Below, piece by piece: positions 37,794-48,273 of a stretch of DNA of 57,221 bases. Position 1 is the stretch's first letter, and each line of letters begins with the position of its first letter. The stretch lies in assembly GCA_944389225.1 (NCBI GenBank), contig CALXLP010000005.1:1-57221 (forward strand), read 5' to 3'. A program made the position numbers and the translations under genes. The notes beneath the pieces are model-generated. The model was given only the letters and a program-made list of their open reading frames with translations. It was not told the origin of the DNA and ran no database searches. The stretch is from an uncultured Clostridia bacterium (GTDB taxonomy: Bacteria; Bacillota; Clostridia; TANB77; CAG-508).

Positions 37794-39287
37794 TTATTTA
37801 TTTAATATTTTTCTTAATTCATTATAATCTACCTTTGTACTATGTCTTTTATCTACTGGTATCTTCGAAACATATTTAATTTCATCAATTTTTTCAAAAG
37901 GAATGGCTTTTTTAATTTCTTCTATTGGTGTTTTTTCATGATTTTCCAATACCAAAATCAATTTTGAGTCATTTTCAAAGACTGCTGTCTTTCCAATTGC
38001 AAATTTTGCATGTAAAGCTGCTTCAATATGAAAATATGGTTCTTTTACTCTTCCTCTTAACCATAACCTTCCTTTTTCATCAAGTTGCCCCATATCTCCT
38101 GTTCTGTGATATATCGTATCTTCTACTGTAAATTTGTTTTCTTTATCACCTATGCCACCAACATATCCTTTTAGCACATTTGTTCCTGTTACCACAATCT
38201 CTCCCACTTCATTTGTTTGTAAATTTAAAAATTTACCCTTTGTGATAGTTCCGATTGGCTCTTTTTGTGGTTTTATGATGTTACATTCCGTCACACCAAC
38301 AATCTCTCCTGCCAAAATGCCTTTTCCATTTTCTGTGTCTTTTATGTCTTGTTTTGTCATATCCTCTATATGTAATATAGCAATTGGTTCTGCCTCTGTT
38401 GATCCATAGATTGTATGTATGGTTGCATTTTCAAAAACCTGTTGTAATTTTTTGATTAAATCTAAAAATACAGCACCTCCGCCTGTATAGATTTTTTTCA
38501 CATCTTTTAATTTTATATCTTTATCAATACAATAGTTTGTAATTACTTGTAATAGTCCAGGTGATGCCATGATTCTATTAATGTTTTTATCTCTTATTTG
38601 TTTTATCAATCTTTTAGGATTCGATTTTCCTAAATTGGTAAAATTCCCATTTGCTATAACGGTTGTGATTCCTACGTAAATATTTGATAATGTAAAAATA
38701 GGAATAGTTGAAAGTTCTCTATCTTTTTCTTCATAATCCGCAATTTGTTTTAAGATATTTCCTTGATTTTCTAAAAATTCATGTGTCCTTGCTGCTATCT
38801 TTGGAACACCTGTTGTTCCACTTGTATATGTTAAAATCCCTGGAAAATCTTTTTCTACTTCTTCTACTACTAACTTTCTACTGAATGGTGTTTTTTTGAT
38901 TTGTTTAACATCTATCTTTATTTTTAATTTTTTTAAATTTTCATTCACTTGGCTATATAAAATATATTTCGTCGTTCCAACAATACTATTAATATCATCA
39001 AATTCATTTTTCTTTAATCCATTTTTAATAAATCCTGCATCCATAAAACAAGGAATCGCTCCTAGTGACCAAATAGAGAGTAAAGTTACATATAAATTGA
39101 TTGACATAGGAACTAGTACTAACACTTTATCTCCTTGTTTAATTCCTTTACTTTTCAAATTGTCTTTAAAATTTGCTACTAGGTTATATAGCTCTGCATA
39201 AGTAACTTGTGTATCCTTTTCTATTAAACATATTTTATTCGGCATCTTTTCATAATTTTTGATTAGTTGATAGGCTAAATTCCTCAT
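37794..39287 (-). CDS. AMP-forming adenylating enzyme (acyl-CoA/acyl-carrier ligase superfamily)
   Basis: 497 aa with 'LTYTSGTTGVPK' (A3), 'YHRTGDMG...GRLWLRGR' (A8) and a C-terminal catalytic Lys region. Confidence 0.85.
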   Translation of the reverse strand: MRNLAYQLIKNYEKMPNKICLIEKDTQVTYAELYNLVANFKDNLKSKGIKQGDKVLVLVPMSINLYVTLLSIWSLGAIPCFMDAGFIKNGLKKNEFDDINSIVGTTKYILYSQVNENLKKLKIKIDVKQIKKTPFSRKLVVEEVEKDFPGILTYTSGTTGVPKIAARTHEFLENQGNILKQIADYEEKDRELSTIPIFTLSNIYVGITTVIANGNFTNLGKSNPKRLIKQIRDKNINRIMASPGLLQVITNYCIDKDIKLKDVKKIYTGGGAVFLDLIKKLQQVFENATIHTIYGSTEAEPIAILHIEDMTKQDIKDTENGKGILAGEIVGVTECNIIKPQKEPIGTITKGKFLNLQTNEVGEIVVTGTNVLKGYVGGIGDKENKFTVEDTIYHRTGDMGQLDEKGRLWLRGRVKEPYFHIEAALHAKFAIGKTAVFENDSKLILVLENHEKTPIEEIKKAIPFEKIDEIKYVSKIPVDKRHSTKVDYNELRKILNK

Positions 39288-39338
39288 CTTTTGTATTTCA
39301 TCCCCTTTTTCCCGTTGGATTTTTAAGTTAGAAAAGAA

Positions 39339-40271
39339 TTAAATTTTCTTTCCATACAAGGCATACTCTCGCATAAGTTCTGTTTGATTTCGTTTTGCCA
39401 TTTTTTGTGAAGTGTTATTGGCATACATAAAAGCACATATCCAATTTCTAAATCCTTTTTGTTTAGCAATTTTAGCAATATCACTCATTAGTACATTTCC
39501 AATGGCAAGATTTTGAAATTCCGGTATCACTGCGACAGTTTTCACAATAATCGTACTTATCTTTTCTCCTCTTTTTGTTTCTTCAAAATCTGGTATACAG
39601 AATATAAAGCCAATTTCTTTTCCATCTTTTTCTGCCAATAAAATAATATCTTCATCAGCTAAATGAACATAAGGTATATATTGTTTTAAAAAAGGTTCTT
39701 CATCAATTGGTGTATATAGTGGATTTCTCCCAAAGCTTTTTAATGAAATATGATATATTTTCTTTAAATCCTCCATATACTTTTCTTTATTAAATTTTCT
39801 AATGGTAATACCCTCTTCTTGTATTTTTTTCCTCATCATTTCTATACTTTGAGATTGGTAAGCATTTTCCAACTTTCCTTTGGTTGAAGTATATGTATAT
39901 ATCTCTTGATAACCTGCTTTTAATAATAATTCATTATCACTCATTGGATTGACATTCTCTAATAAAAATAGAGGTTCTCCATTTGACTGTTTCATTGTTC
40001 TATATTTTCCCCATGTATTTTCATTCATCGGTGCAACTATATAATACAATCCTTTTCCTTTTAAAATTTCTTCACATTTTTCTAATAAAAATTTTCCATA
40101 TTGTTTGTCTGAGATTTCCATTTCTCCAATTGTTCCCATTTTTTCGTCATTTACGATTGGTGTATTTTGAAAATAGCAAGTAGCTTTTGCTTTTTCTTCT
40201 CCATTTTCTAAAATTGTTACTTTTATATTTTCTTGATTCTCTACAATTTCAAAATTCATCTTCTTTTTCAT
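39339..40271 (-). CDS. Two-domain GNAT-family acyltransferase
   Basis: 310 aa. The C-terminal half has 'VIPEFQNLAIGNVLMSDIAKIAKQKGF', the acyl-CoA binding motif. Confidence 0.65.
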   Translation of the reverse strand: MKKKMNFEIVENQENIKVTILENGEEKAKATCYFQNTPIVNDEKMGTIGEMEISDKQYGKFLLEKCEEILKGKGLYYIVAPMNENTWGKYRTMKQSNGEPLFLLENVNPMSDNELLLKAGYQEIYTYTSTKGKLENAYQSQSIEMMRKKIQEEGITIRKFNKEKYMEDLKKIYHISLKSFGRNPLYTPIDEEPFLKQYIPYVHLADEDIILLAEKDGKEIGFIFCIPDFEETKRGEKISTIIVKTVAVIPEFQNLAIGNVLMSDIAKIAKQKGFRNWICAFMYANNTSQKMAKRNQTELMREYALYGKKI

Positions 40272-40351
40272 GATTTAGATCTGTTTGCTTAATATTTTAT
40301 TTAGTAAAATATATTAAAAATATATATTATCAGATTTAAATCATTTTCCTC

Positions 40352-41698
40352 CTATACAATGTTAAAATATTGGATAAAACAAATGATAGCTGTTAATACT
40401 AGCACAATTTCTGTATGCATATATCCATTTTTTATTGAAATTTCTTCTTTTTCTACTTTTCTTTTTTGTATATATATCATCAAACAACTAGCAAACAAGC
40501 ATACAATCATAAGAATAATCATTTGTAAACTAGGTAAATTATGAAATACCAGATTTTGAATGACTAAACTTGGTAAAAAGATAAAACATAATCCTTTAGC
40601 AAAAGACAGGATCATACTATCTATTTCTGATAAATTAAAATAATATTTTAATCTTACAAATGTATTAATATCTAAATGCATGCTATATACTAAACTATAT
40701 ATCATAAAAAATTCTGCTTTCCAACCAGTAATTGCTACAATTCCGCAAATAGCTATTCCTAAAATCACATTGGTTTCAATAATTCTAGCATCATATAGAT
40801 TATGTTGTTCCTTTTCTGTTACTTTTGGAAATCTCATAACTGTTAAAAACAAAATCAATGGCGGTATAATGGCATATATTCCATATAATGTAATTGTTAG
40901 ATAGCCTACAACTAGTGTTTCTACTAGTGCCAATTTACTCCATGCCTTTACTCTGTTAGCAATCGTTACTAGTATAAATATCACACCTAATATAATCAAA
41001 TTGATTCTTAATTGTTCTACACCTAACCCCATATGTGTTGCCAAAAAAGCATATGTTGTTAATGGAATCAATAGATTATCATTTCCACTATGTGAAATCA
41101 TCTCAACTAGAGCCACATTAAATCCTACAATAGTAGCAATAATCAATGTTTCTTCTCTTCCTACTTGTGTAAATAGTAATAAAGGTACCAATGTTGCTAC
41201 AAAAGCTACCATAAAAAAGATAAAACTTCCTTCAATACTTTTAGCATCTTCATTTAACTCTGCCAAATTTTTCTTTCCATAATTCTTTCCAATTAATGCT
41301 GCTGCACTATCTGCAAAGGTTAAAATTAATATAGGAATACTATATAAAACTTTATCTCCTTTTGATAAATAGAAAATCAAAAATACAGATATCACAAAAA
41401 AGATTTCCCCTAAAGATTCTCTATTGACACTATATAATACCGTTCCTAATCCTTCTTTTAATTTTGTATGCTTTAACAAAACTAATATTGCTAATGCAAT
41501 AACTGCTAATATGCACACAGAAAGTACATTATGAAATACATAAGGAAATGTTAGCATAATCAATCCCATTGTCATATGTAATAATTTTCGTTTTAATTCT
41601 GTATGTATTTTGGTTTTTTTTTCGATTAACTTTATCACACACATAGCTATCAAAAGCATACACAAAACAAATCCAATGCTTAACCACTCTATATTCAT
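40352..41698 (-). CDS. Polytopic membrane protein with N-terminal CTP-transferase-1 (dolichol/phytol-kinase or CdsA-like) domain fused to an extra ~230-aa TM domain
   Basis: 448 aa with 'KRKLLHM..G', 'FADSAAALIGKNYGKK' and 'KSIEGSFIFF', as in the VTE5/DolK/CdsA family, followed by 6-7 further TMs. Confidence 0.55.
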   Translation of the reverse strand: MNIEWLSIGFVLCMLLIAMCVIKLIEKKTKIHTELKRKLLHMTMGLIMLTFPYVFHNVLSVCILAVIALAILVLLKHTKLKEGLGTVLYSVNRESLGEIFFVISVFLIFYLSKGDKVLYSIPILILTFADSAAALIGKNYGKKNLAELNEDAKSIEGSFIFFMVAFVATLVPLLLFTQVGREETLIIATIVGFNVALVEMISHSGNDNLLIPLTTYAFLATHMGLGVEQLRINLIILGVIFILVTIANRVKAWSKLALVETLVVGYLTITLYGIYAIIPPLILFLTVMRFPKVTEKEQHNLYDARIIETNVILGIAICGIVAITGWKAEFFMIYSLVYSMHLDINTFVRLKYYFNLSEIDSMILSFAKGLCFIFLPSLVIQNLVFHNLPSLQMIILMIVCLFASCLMIYIQKRKVEKEEISIKNGYMHTEIVLVLTAIICFIQYFNIV

Positions 41699-42850
41699 TT
41701 ATATAACCTCCTCTATAATAAATTTACTATAGAAAAAGGCTTTATCTTGTTTAAATAATTCTTTTGATTCTTTTTCTTTATATACTAAATTATCAAAATA
41801 TTTTGATGCCCTTTTATCGGCCAACATATTCCAATAAGCAATTCTTGTTCCAGATGGTGATTTCGTAAATATCTTTTCAAAAATTTTACACATTTGCTCA
41901 TCACTCATATATTCAAAGATATCGCTTAAATTATATTTACTAATATAATCTATCTCTTCTTTTTGGATAAAATCCTCAACAGAATCCTTTAACAAGTAAA
42001 TTTTATCTATATTTTTCTTAATCATTTCAAAATTTTCTTTTCTATATGCTACTGGCAATACATTTTCATCATATTTTCCATTAATAATATACTGTAAATA
42101 TGAATTTTCTGATGTATCTAATTCTGTAATAGCATATTTGGTTCTTTCTAAAATATGCTCAGCCACATTTACATGAACATAGCGAAAAAAAGCTTTATCT
42201 CTACCTAATTTTCCCATAACGGTTTTAGAAAAGAATAACCTAAAAAGCATTTGCCATCTCATATTATTCCATTTTTGATCATAGAATTGAATTCTCTCTT
42301 CTCTTGTTTTCTTTTGTAATAATTCTTCTCTTATTGATTTTTTATGAATAAATGGTAAGACTTTTTTACCAAATAGATGAAAATATCTTTCGAATTTTCC
42401 TGTATGGATAATTCCTTTTTCTACCATTTCCAAATTGCTATCTAAATATGCTCTTGTATGTTTAGATAGTTTATCTGCAATTTTTTGGTAGATTGTAATT
42501 CTATCTTCACAATCAAAAACACCAATGAATTCCATACATTCTTGATAATCTAAATATTTATACCCTATGATTTTTAATTCTGTACAAGCAATCTGATTTT
42601 CACTTAAATCAATTGCAAAAACTTTATTTGGATTTTTGATTAACATGCTAATTGCATTTTCTCCTGCTGATGCAATAGACAATATATTATCATTTTCATG
42701 TATATCTAATGCTTGTAATAAAATGTCTGCATCTTCCCAAACTTGTGCATATCTTAATATATCAAATTTTGCATAATCTTCTACTTCACTTTTTACTAAT
42801 TGTTTTTCTTCTAGATTTTCTTTATTTTCCACAATTTCTTTTGTACTCAT
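41699..42850 (-). CDS. BtaA-like (DUF3419) S-adenosylmethionine:lipid 3-amino-3-carboxypropyl transferase homologue
   Basis: 383 aa with 'RYAQVWEDADILLQALDIHENDNILSIASAGENAISML', matching the conserved N-terminal region of BtaA-type proteins. Its stop abuts the next gene's start. Confidence 0.68.
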   Translation of the reverse strand: MSTKEIVENKENLEEKQLVKSEVEDYAKFDILRYAQVWEDADILLQALDIHENDNILSIASAGENAISMLIKNPNKVFAIDLSENQIACTELKIIGYKYLDYQECMEFIGVFDCEDRITIYQKIADKLSKHTRAYLDSNLEMVEKGIIHTGKFERYFHLFGKKVLPFIHKKSIREELLQKKTREERIQFYDQKWNNMRWQMLFRLFFSKTVMGKLGRDKAFFRYVHVNVAEHILERTKYAITELDTSENSYLQYIINGKYDENVLPVAYRKENFEMIKKNIDKIYLLKDSVEDFIQKEEIDYISKYNLSDIFEYMSDEQMCKIFEKIFTKSPSGTRIAYWNMLADKRASKYFDNLVYKEKESKELFKQDKAFFYSKFIIEEVI

Positions 42851-42995
42851 ATTTCCCCTCTTTAACTTTTTACTTTCATTAATATAATCCTACCATAAAA
42901 CGATTTTTTCTTCAATAAAAATTGATTATTTGACATGTATTTTTTTGGTAAAAATAGAAAATTATGATAGTACTTATTAATTCAATAGTTAACCC

Positions 42996-43032
42996 AAAAC
43001 CGCCAGCGAGAATATGACTTGCTGGCGGTTTT
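42996..43032 (-). terminator. Intrinsic terminator of the ABC transporter operon
   Basis: AAAACCGCCAGC-13 nt-GCTGGCGGTTTT. The stem is GC-rich and a T-run follows on the minus strand. Confidence 0.75.
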
Positions 43033-43057
43033 CCTAATTTACTAAATATATGAAATT

Positions 43058-43115
43058 AAAAAATGTTCTGTCCCTTTTGGACGAAAAATGTCCATTTTGA
43101 CACGTCCCCAAAAGA
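43058..43115. repeat. Repeat-family site C
   Basis: Minus strand, right after the permease stop codon, reads TAG-tcttttgGGGACGTGTCAAAATGGACATTTTTCGTCCAAAAGGGACAGAACATTTTTT. Confidence 0.7.
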
Positions 43116-45713
43116 CTAAATATTTTCTTTTCTAATGGTTTCTATAATATTTTGATTTTTTGTTTTCTTAACAGCATATTGCATTGTCATAAAGATAATA
43201 GCAAATACAAATATGATAGAAATCAAAATTGGTATGATTGGAAGTTCATAACTGGTTGTATACACATCTGCAGTAACTGTATAGATTAGGTAAGATAATG
43301 CTACTCCTACTGGTAATCCAAATATAAGTGCTTTTAATCCATATATAAAGCTTTCATAATGAATCATTTTCTTAAATTCTTTATTTGTCATCCCTATAGA
43401 TTTTAATATGGCAAATTCTCTAGTTCTAAGTGCCATATTTGTTGTTATGGTATTAAATATATTGGTTACACCAATAATGCTAATCACTGCTATAAATCCA
43501 TATACAAATATTGATACAATTAGATTCATATTTTTTGCTGCTCTTACATCCTCTTCTGCATTATAAATATTGTTTTGATTGGTCTTATCAATTTCTACAA
43601 TTTCTTCTTGTAATTTATATGGGTCTTCTGCATTAATAGGCATAGAAACTAAACTATGTTCAAAGTTTTCCATCATTTCATCTGAGATAATAATAACAGG
43701 ATGTGTGTCTTGTTGAAAAGATAATCCTAATGGATATTTATCTGCTCTTTTAGCAATTTTAATACTTCCTTTTTCTGTTAAATTTCCTTCTTCATCTTGC
43801 GTCTTATAATATTCTAATGTATCTCCCGCATTTAAATTCGTTAGATTTGTTTCTACTCGTTTAACACCATCTCTTCCCTCTTCATATTCATATAAAATTC
43901 TTGTATCAGAAAGAATTGCTTCATCTTTTACTTCATCATAATTTAATCCTAATTCTGCTACATAATTTCTATAAGCTTCATCACCAAGTGAATAAATAAT
44001 AAGTATGGTATTTACTTCTTCTGAATAATATTCTAATGCTTCCTCTGTATATATATCAGGATTATCCATATGTACATATGCATCTTTTAAAATCATATAT
44101 TCTTTGATTCCATCTAAATCTTTAATTTTATCAAAATAAGCTTCTTTTTCTTCTTCTGTTTGATTATTACTATATACCGTTAAATTGATTCTTGAATCTT
44201 GATATTCCAAAGAAGATAATCCAAATACACTTTCTGCAAAGGCATTCATTGAGATAAACAAGACAATACTTAGAAATATAGAAAATATAGTTGTTCTATA
44301 TCTTTTTCTACTTCTTCTAAAATTCTTTCTGGCAATCACGCCTTCTATTCCAAATAATTTTTTCGTTAGTTTATATTCTTTATTTTTTCTCTTTTTATTC
44401 TTTTTTACTTTTACATCTGAACTTTCTCTTATAGCATCAATTGGTGATATTTTTCCTGCTCGATAACTTGGTCTAATTAGTGAAATGATAATCATAACAA
44501 TCGATACTATGATTGCAACAATAATTGCTCCCCATGATATGGTTAACTGTAACTCAAAATTATCAATTAATGGTGTACTTCCTGAATTGATAATTCCATT
44601 AACAATGGCTAACACAATTCCAATTGCTACAATTCCTATCGCAATTCCTAGTGGTATAGAAATTAGTCCTAATATAGCACCTTCAAAAAAGATACTTTTT
44701 CTAATTTGTTTTGCTGTTGCTCCTACACTTGCTATCATCCCTAATTCTCTTGTTTTTTCCGTGAGAGATATACTAAAACTATTTTTGATAACAAAGGCAG
44801 AAGTCAAAACAATAATGCCAATTACAATGACTAACATTGTTATCACAAAAGTTTCTACTCTATCACTTTTGAAAATTCCCATGTAATATAATAAATCTTG
44901 GTTTTCTGAAATATTTATCTCGTCAATCTGTAAATCATTTTTTAAATAATCTTCAAACTCATATACTTCTGTTGGGTCTTTTAATATAATAGACATATTT
45001 ACATTTTTGGTATCATCAATTTTATCTAATTTTGTTATCATGGTATAACCTGGAGCAGAATAACTCTCACTATTTAATCGTTCCACAATACCTACAATTG
45101 TATACGTTTTTTTGGTACTTGCAACAAAAGTTTCTTGTTCCAAATCATCTTCAATACCGCTTTCTTTTCTATCTAATCTATCTTGATCTGTATAGTATGG
45201 ATTTGACTGATTTAATATATATCCTCCTTTGTATCGATTACCGATATCTAATTCTATGGTATCACCAACATTCCAATCTACTTTTCCATTTTGGATAACA
45301 TGTTCTGGTATCACAATTTCATTTTCATTTTCTGGTAATCTTCCTTCTACTAAAACAATACCTCCATTTTGCAAAAGTTTCTCATCATATCCTTCGATAT
45401 AGGCATAAGGCTTGTTTTCATTTTGAGATTTTTCTAATGGTGCATATCCAATCTCTTGTGATATTTGTAATTCCTCTATTTTCGCATTATTTTCCAAATA
45501 TTTTTCATTTTCTTTTGATACATCTTGTACACGAATATGATAATTTCCATTTGTTTTGATTTCTCTTTCTAGTAAAGATTTTTGAATACTAACTGTAAAT
45601 GTCGTAATGGCACATATTAAAGCAACAGAAAGAGAAATTCCAATAATAGTTACAATCGTTCTTTTTTTATTTAATTTTAAATTTTTGAGCGTCAATGTAT
45701 TTAAAATTTTCAT
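43116..45713 (-). CDS. ABC transporter permease with two FtsX/MacB-type domains
   Basis: 865 aa with an N-terminal TM plus large extracytoplasmic domain, four TMs, then a second extracytoplasmic domain and four more TMs. This is a duplicated FtsX architecture. Confidence 0.85.
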   Translation of the reverse strand: MKILNTLTLKNLKLNKKRTIVTIIGISLSVALICAITTFTVSIQKSLLEREIKTNGNYHIRVQDVSKENEKYLENNAKIEELQISQEIGYAPLEKSQNENKPYAYIEGYDEKLLQNGGIVLVEGRLPENENEIVIPEHVIQNGKVDWNVGDTIELDIGNRYKGGYILNQSNPYYTDQDRLDRKESGIEDDLEQETFVASTKKTYTIVGIVERLNSESYSAPGYTMITKLDKIDDTKNVNMSIILKDPTEVYEFEDYLKNDLQIDEINISENQDLLYYMGIFKSDRVETFVITMLVIVIGIIVLTSAFVIKNSFSISLTEKTRELGMIASVGATAKQIRKSIFFEGAILGLISIPLGIAIGIVAIGIVLAIVNGIINSGSTPLIDNFELQLTISWGAIIVAIIVSIVMIIISLIRPSYRAGKISPIDAIRESSDVKVKKNKKRKNKEYKLTKKLFGIEGVIARKNFRRSRKRYRTTIFSIFLSIVLFISMNAFAESVFGLSSLEYQDSRINLTVYSNNQTEEEKEAYFDKIKDLDGIKEYMILKDAYVHMDNPDIYTEEALEYYSEEVNTILIIYSLGDEAYRNYVAELGLNYDEVKDEAILSDTRILYEYEEGRDGVKRVETNLTNLNAGDTLEYYKTQDEEGNLTEKGSIKIAKRADKYPLGLSFQQDTHPVIIISDEMMENFEHSLVSMPINAEDPYKLQEEIVEIDKTNQNNIYNAEEDVRAAKNMNLIVSIFVYGFIAVISIIGVTNIFNTITTNMALRTREFAILKSIGMTNKEFKKMIHYESFIYGLKALIFGLPVGVALSYLIYTVTADVYTTSYELPIIPILISIIFVFAIIFMTMQYAVKKTKNQNIIETIRKENI

Positions 45714-45728
45714 TTTTTTCTCTCCCCC

Positions 45729-46409
45729 TTACTTTATTTTTTCATCACTGATTAGCTTACCATCTTGTATTGTAATAATTCTATCTGCTTCTAAAGCAAT
45801 ATTTTCATCATGTGTAATCACAATTAAGGTTTGATTATATTTCTGGTTCGATACTTTTAATAAATCCATAATTTCTCTTGAAGCTTTACTATCCAAGTTT
45901 CCTGTTGGTTCGTCTGCTAATACAATACTTGGATGATTAATCATAGCTCTTCCAATGGAAACCCTTTGTTGTTGTCCTCCTGATAACTCATTTGGTAAGT
46001 GATTAATTCTTTTTTCTAGTCCAAGGATATATAACAATTCATTTAATCTCTTTTCATCTACCTTTTGCCCATCCAAATCACATGGTAATGTAATATTTTC
46101 TTTTACATTTAATATAGGAATTAAGTTATAGAATTGATAAATAAGTCCCACTTGTCTTCTTCTAAAAATTGCCAAATTATCATTATTCAAAGAATAGATA
46201 TCTGTTCCATTAATATATACTTTTCCACTTGTTGGTTTATCTACACCTCCAATTAAATGTAACAAAGTGGATTTGCCACTTCCAGAAGCACCTACAATGG
46301 CTACAAATTCTCCTTTGTTTACACTAAAAGATACATTGTCTAATGCAACAACCTCTGTATCTTTTTTACCATATTTTTTTGTTAGATTTTCTACTTTTAA
46401 TATTTCCAT
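45729..46409 (-). CDS. ABC transporter ATP-binding protein (MacB/LolD-like)
   Basis: Walker A 'GASGSGKST', signature 'LSGGQQQR' and Walker B 'LADEPTGNLD'. The start is placed at the ATG with AGGAG 7 nt upstream. Confidence 0.92.
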   Translation of the reverse strand: MEILKVENLTKKYGKKDTEVVALDNVSFSVNKGEFVAIVGASGSGKSTLLHLIGGVDKPTSGKVYINGTDIYSLNNDNLAIFRRRQVGLIYQFYNLIPILNVKENITLPCDLDGQKVDEKRLNELLYILGLEKRINHLPNELSGGQQQRVSIGRAMINHPSIVLADEPTGNLDSKASREIMDLLKVSNQKYNQTLIVITHDENIALEADRIITIQDGKLISDEKIK

Positions 46410-46522
46410 AAACAATCTCCTTTCTTATGTTTTAATGACTATAATTTTGCTAATCATTTTTCTATACGTTTTAACCTTTATTATATGCGTATTTAGTACC
46501 TAGAAAGAAACGTATTAAAAAT

Positions 46523-46564
46523 GTCACTTTTATTGTTAGTATTATATTACTACATAAAAGTGAC
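46523..46564 (-). terminator. Hairpin between the sensor genes and the ABC genes (terminator and/or regulator binding site)
   Basis: GTCACTTTTA-22 nt-TAAAAGTGAC followed on the minus strand by ATTTTTA. The adjacent 'GAAACGTATTAAAAATGTCAC' resembles the dispersed repeat words. A TATAAT with a poor -35 lies downstream, as expected for an activator-dependent promoter. Confidence 0.45.
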
Positions 46565-46629
46565 TCTAAAATGACTTATTTAATTTTTTTATTTCTAATT
46601 TTATTTTCTACAAATAATACATGTCTACA

Positions 46630-47004
46630 TTATCTAAAAAATAAATACATATTTATCAACGATATATAAGTTTCTCTTCCTAATATTAGTTGACTTCCAC
46701 CCATATTATGTTGCATTCCAATTGGAAGCCATAACAACAATATAAAAACAAGTAATAAAATAATATATTTAAATTTTATATTATTCTTCTTATTAAAAGT
46801 GACACATACACTAACTATAAAGATTGCTAGTAAAATGCAAATATTAAAAATGAATATATCTATATATCCATAGTCTCCATCAATATTTGCCATTTCTTGA
46901 CTTCCAAATTCTTTAATTGTTGTTCCAACTGTAATTCCTTTCGTTATTATCATGACAATACATATTAAGATCAATACAATATATATAATTTTATACTTTT
47001 TCAT
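46630..47004 (-). CDS. Small 4-TM membrane protein
   Basis: 124-aa hydrophobic ORF, 32 nt downstream of the kinase gene. Confidence 0.5.
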   Translation of the reverse strand: MKKYKIIYIVLILICIVMIITKGITVGTTIKEFGSQEMANIDGDYGYIDIFIFNICILLAIFIVSVCVTFNKKNNIKFKYIILLLVFILLLWLPIGMQHNMGGSQLILGRETYISLINMYLFFR

Positions 47005-47036
47005 TTTTTTCCTTTCAACACTTCTTTATTTTTCAT

Positions 47037-48254
47037 TTATTTATATAATTTTATAGTGAATTCCGTCCAACTATCCTCTTCCTTTTTAGAACTCTTTACA
47101 CGGATATCTCCATCTTGATTTCTAATAATACTTTTGCAAAAAGCAAGTCCAATTCCTAAACTATTTTCTTTACTATTTTTTGCTTTATAAAATCTGTCAA
47201 AAATATGTCCTAAATCTTCTTTGTCAATACCTTCACCATTATCTCTTATTGTAACTTTTGTATACATCGTATTTTCTTCTAGTTTTATGGTTATTACTTT
47301 TGCTCCATGCTCGATTGCATTTTTTACAATATTATTCATAGCTTCTATTGTCCATTTTTTATCACAATTAATGGTTTCTTCTTTATTAGATACAATTTCT
47401 ATATCTGCATGATTTATCTCACACATAGCTTTAAAGTTGTTTTTCACTTCTAAGCATAAATGATATGCATTTTCATTCTTTTTGTCTAAAATCAGTGTTT
47501 TCGAGTCTAATTTGGCTATATTTAATACAGTTTTAATTAGCCAATTAATTTTTTCTAATTCTTTTTGACTGCTATCTAAAAATTCTTTTTTCTTTTCTTC
47601 TGGTAAATCTGTATACAAAATATCATTAATTAGATTCAAAGAAGTTAGTGGGGTTTTTAACTGATGAGAAATATCTGCTATCAATTTTTCAATATCTTTA
47701 TTATTCTTTTCTAATAAACTATTTTTTTCTTTTAACATAATGGTCATATCATAAATATCATTTTTTAATTTGCTAAAATCACTCTCATCTTGTTCTTTTA
47801 AATCTATGATATAATTTCCTTTTAAGATTTCTTTGCAATAAGCATCCAAATTTTTTAATTTTTGATTTTGTTTTCGGATATATTTAGCATATATACATAT
47901 GACGCCTAAAATTGCTATGATAAAGAAAATGGAAAATAGAATAATTACTTTTTGAATAATTTCAAACTGCGTATTTTCTATATCAATATTTTCGGCACTA
48001 AATCCATATTTACTTAAAATATCTTCTACATTCTCATGATTTTCCTGGTTGTTTAAAAATATATTTTGTACAATCTCCTCTTCTTGTTCAGGATATTCTT
48101 CTACAATTTTTGCCATTACTTGATTTGTATAATCATATAGACTTTCTTTATAGTTTTTTTGAATATAATAAATGGCAAATATGGCTAATAATATGATAAT
48201 GATTAATAACATAGTAATATAGATAAATAGATTTCTTTTTTGTTTTGTATTCAT
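47037..48254 (-). CDS. Sensor histidine kinase (HisKA + HATPase_c)
   Basis: H-box 'ISHQLKTPLTSL', N-box 'NAIEHG', 'DNGEGI' and 'GLGIGLAF', with two N-terminal TMs. The start is placed at the ATG with AAGGAG upstream (48254). The longer 48290 start lies inside the repeat hairpin and lacks an SD. Confidence 0.85.
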   Translation of the reverse strand: MNTKQKRNLFIYITMLLIIIILLAIFAIYYIQKNYKESLYDYTNQVMAKIVEEYPEQEEEIVQNIFLNNQENHENVEDILSKYGFSAENIDIENTQFEIIQKVIILFSIFFIIAILGVICIYAKYIRKQNQKLKNLDAYCKEILKGNYIIDLKEQDESDFSKLKNDIYDMTIMLKEKNSLLEKNNKDIEKLIADISHQLKTPLTSLNLINDILYTDLPEEKKKEFLDSSQKELEKINWLIKTVLNIAKLDSKTLILDKKNENAYHLCLEVKNNFKAMCEINHADIEIVSNKEETINCDKKWTIEAMNNIVKNAIEHGAKVITIKLEENTMYTKVTIRDNGEGIDKEDLGHIFDRFYKAKNSKENSLGIGLAFCKSIIRNQDGDIRVKSSKKEEDSWTEFTIKLYK

Positions 48255-48273
48255 ATTTCTCCTTTTTAAGGTC

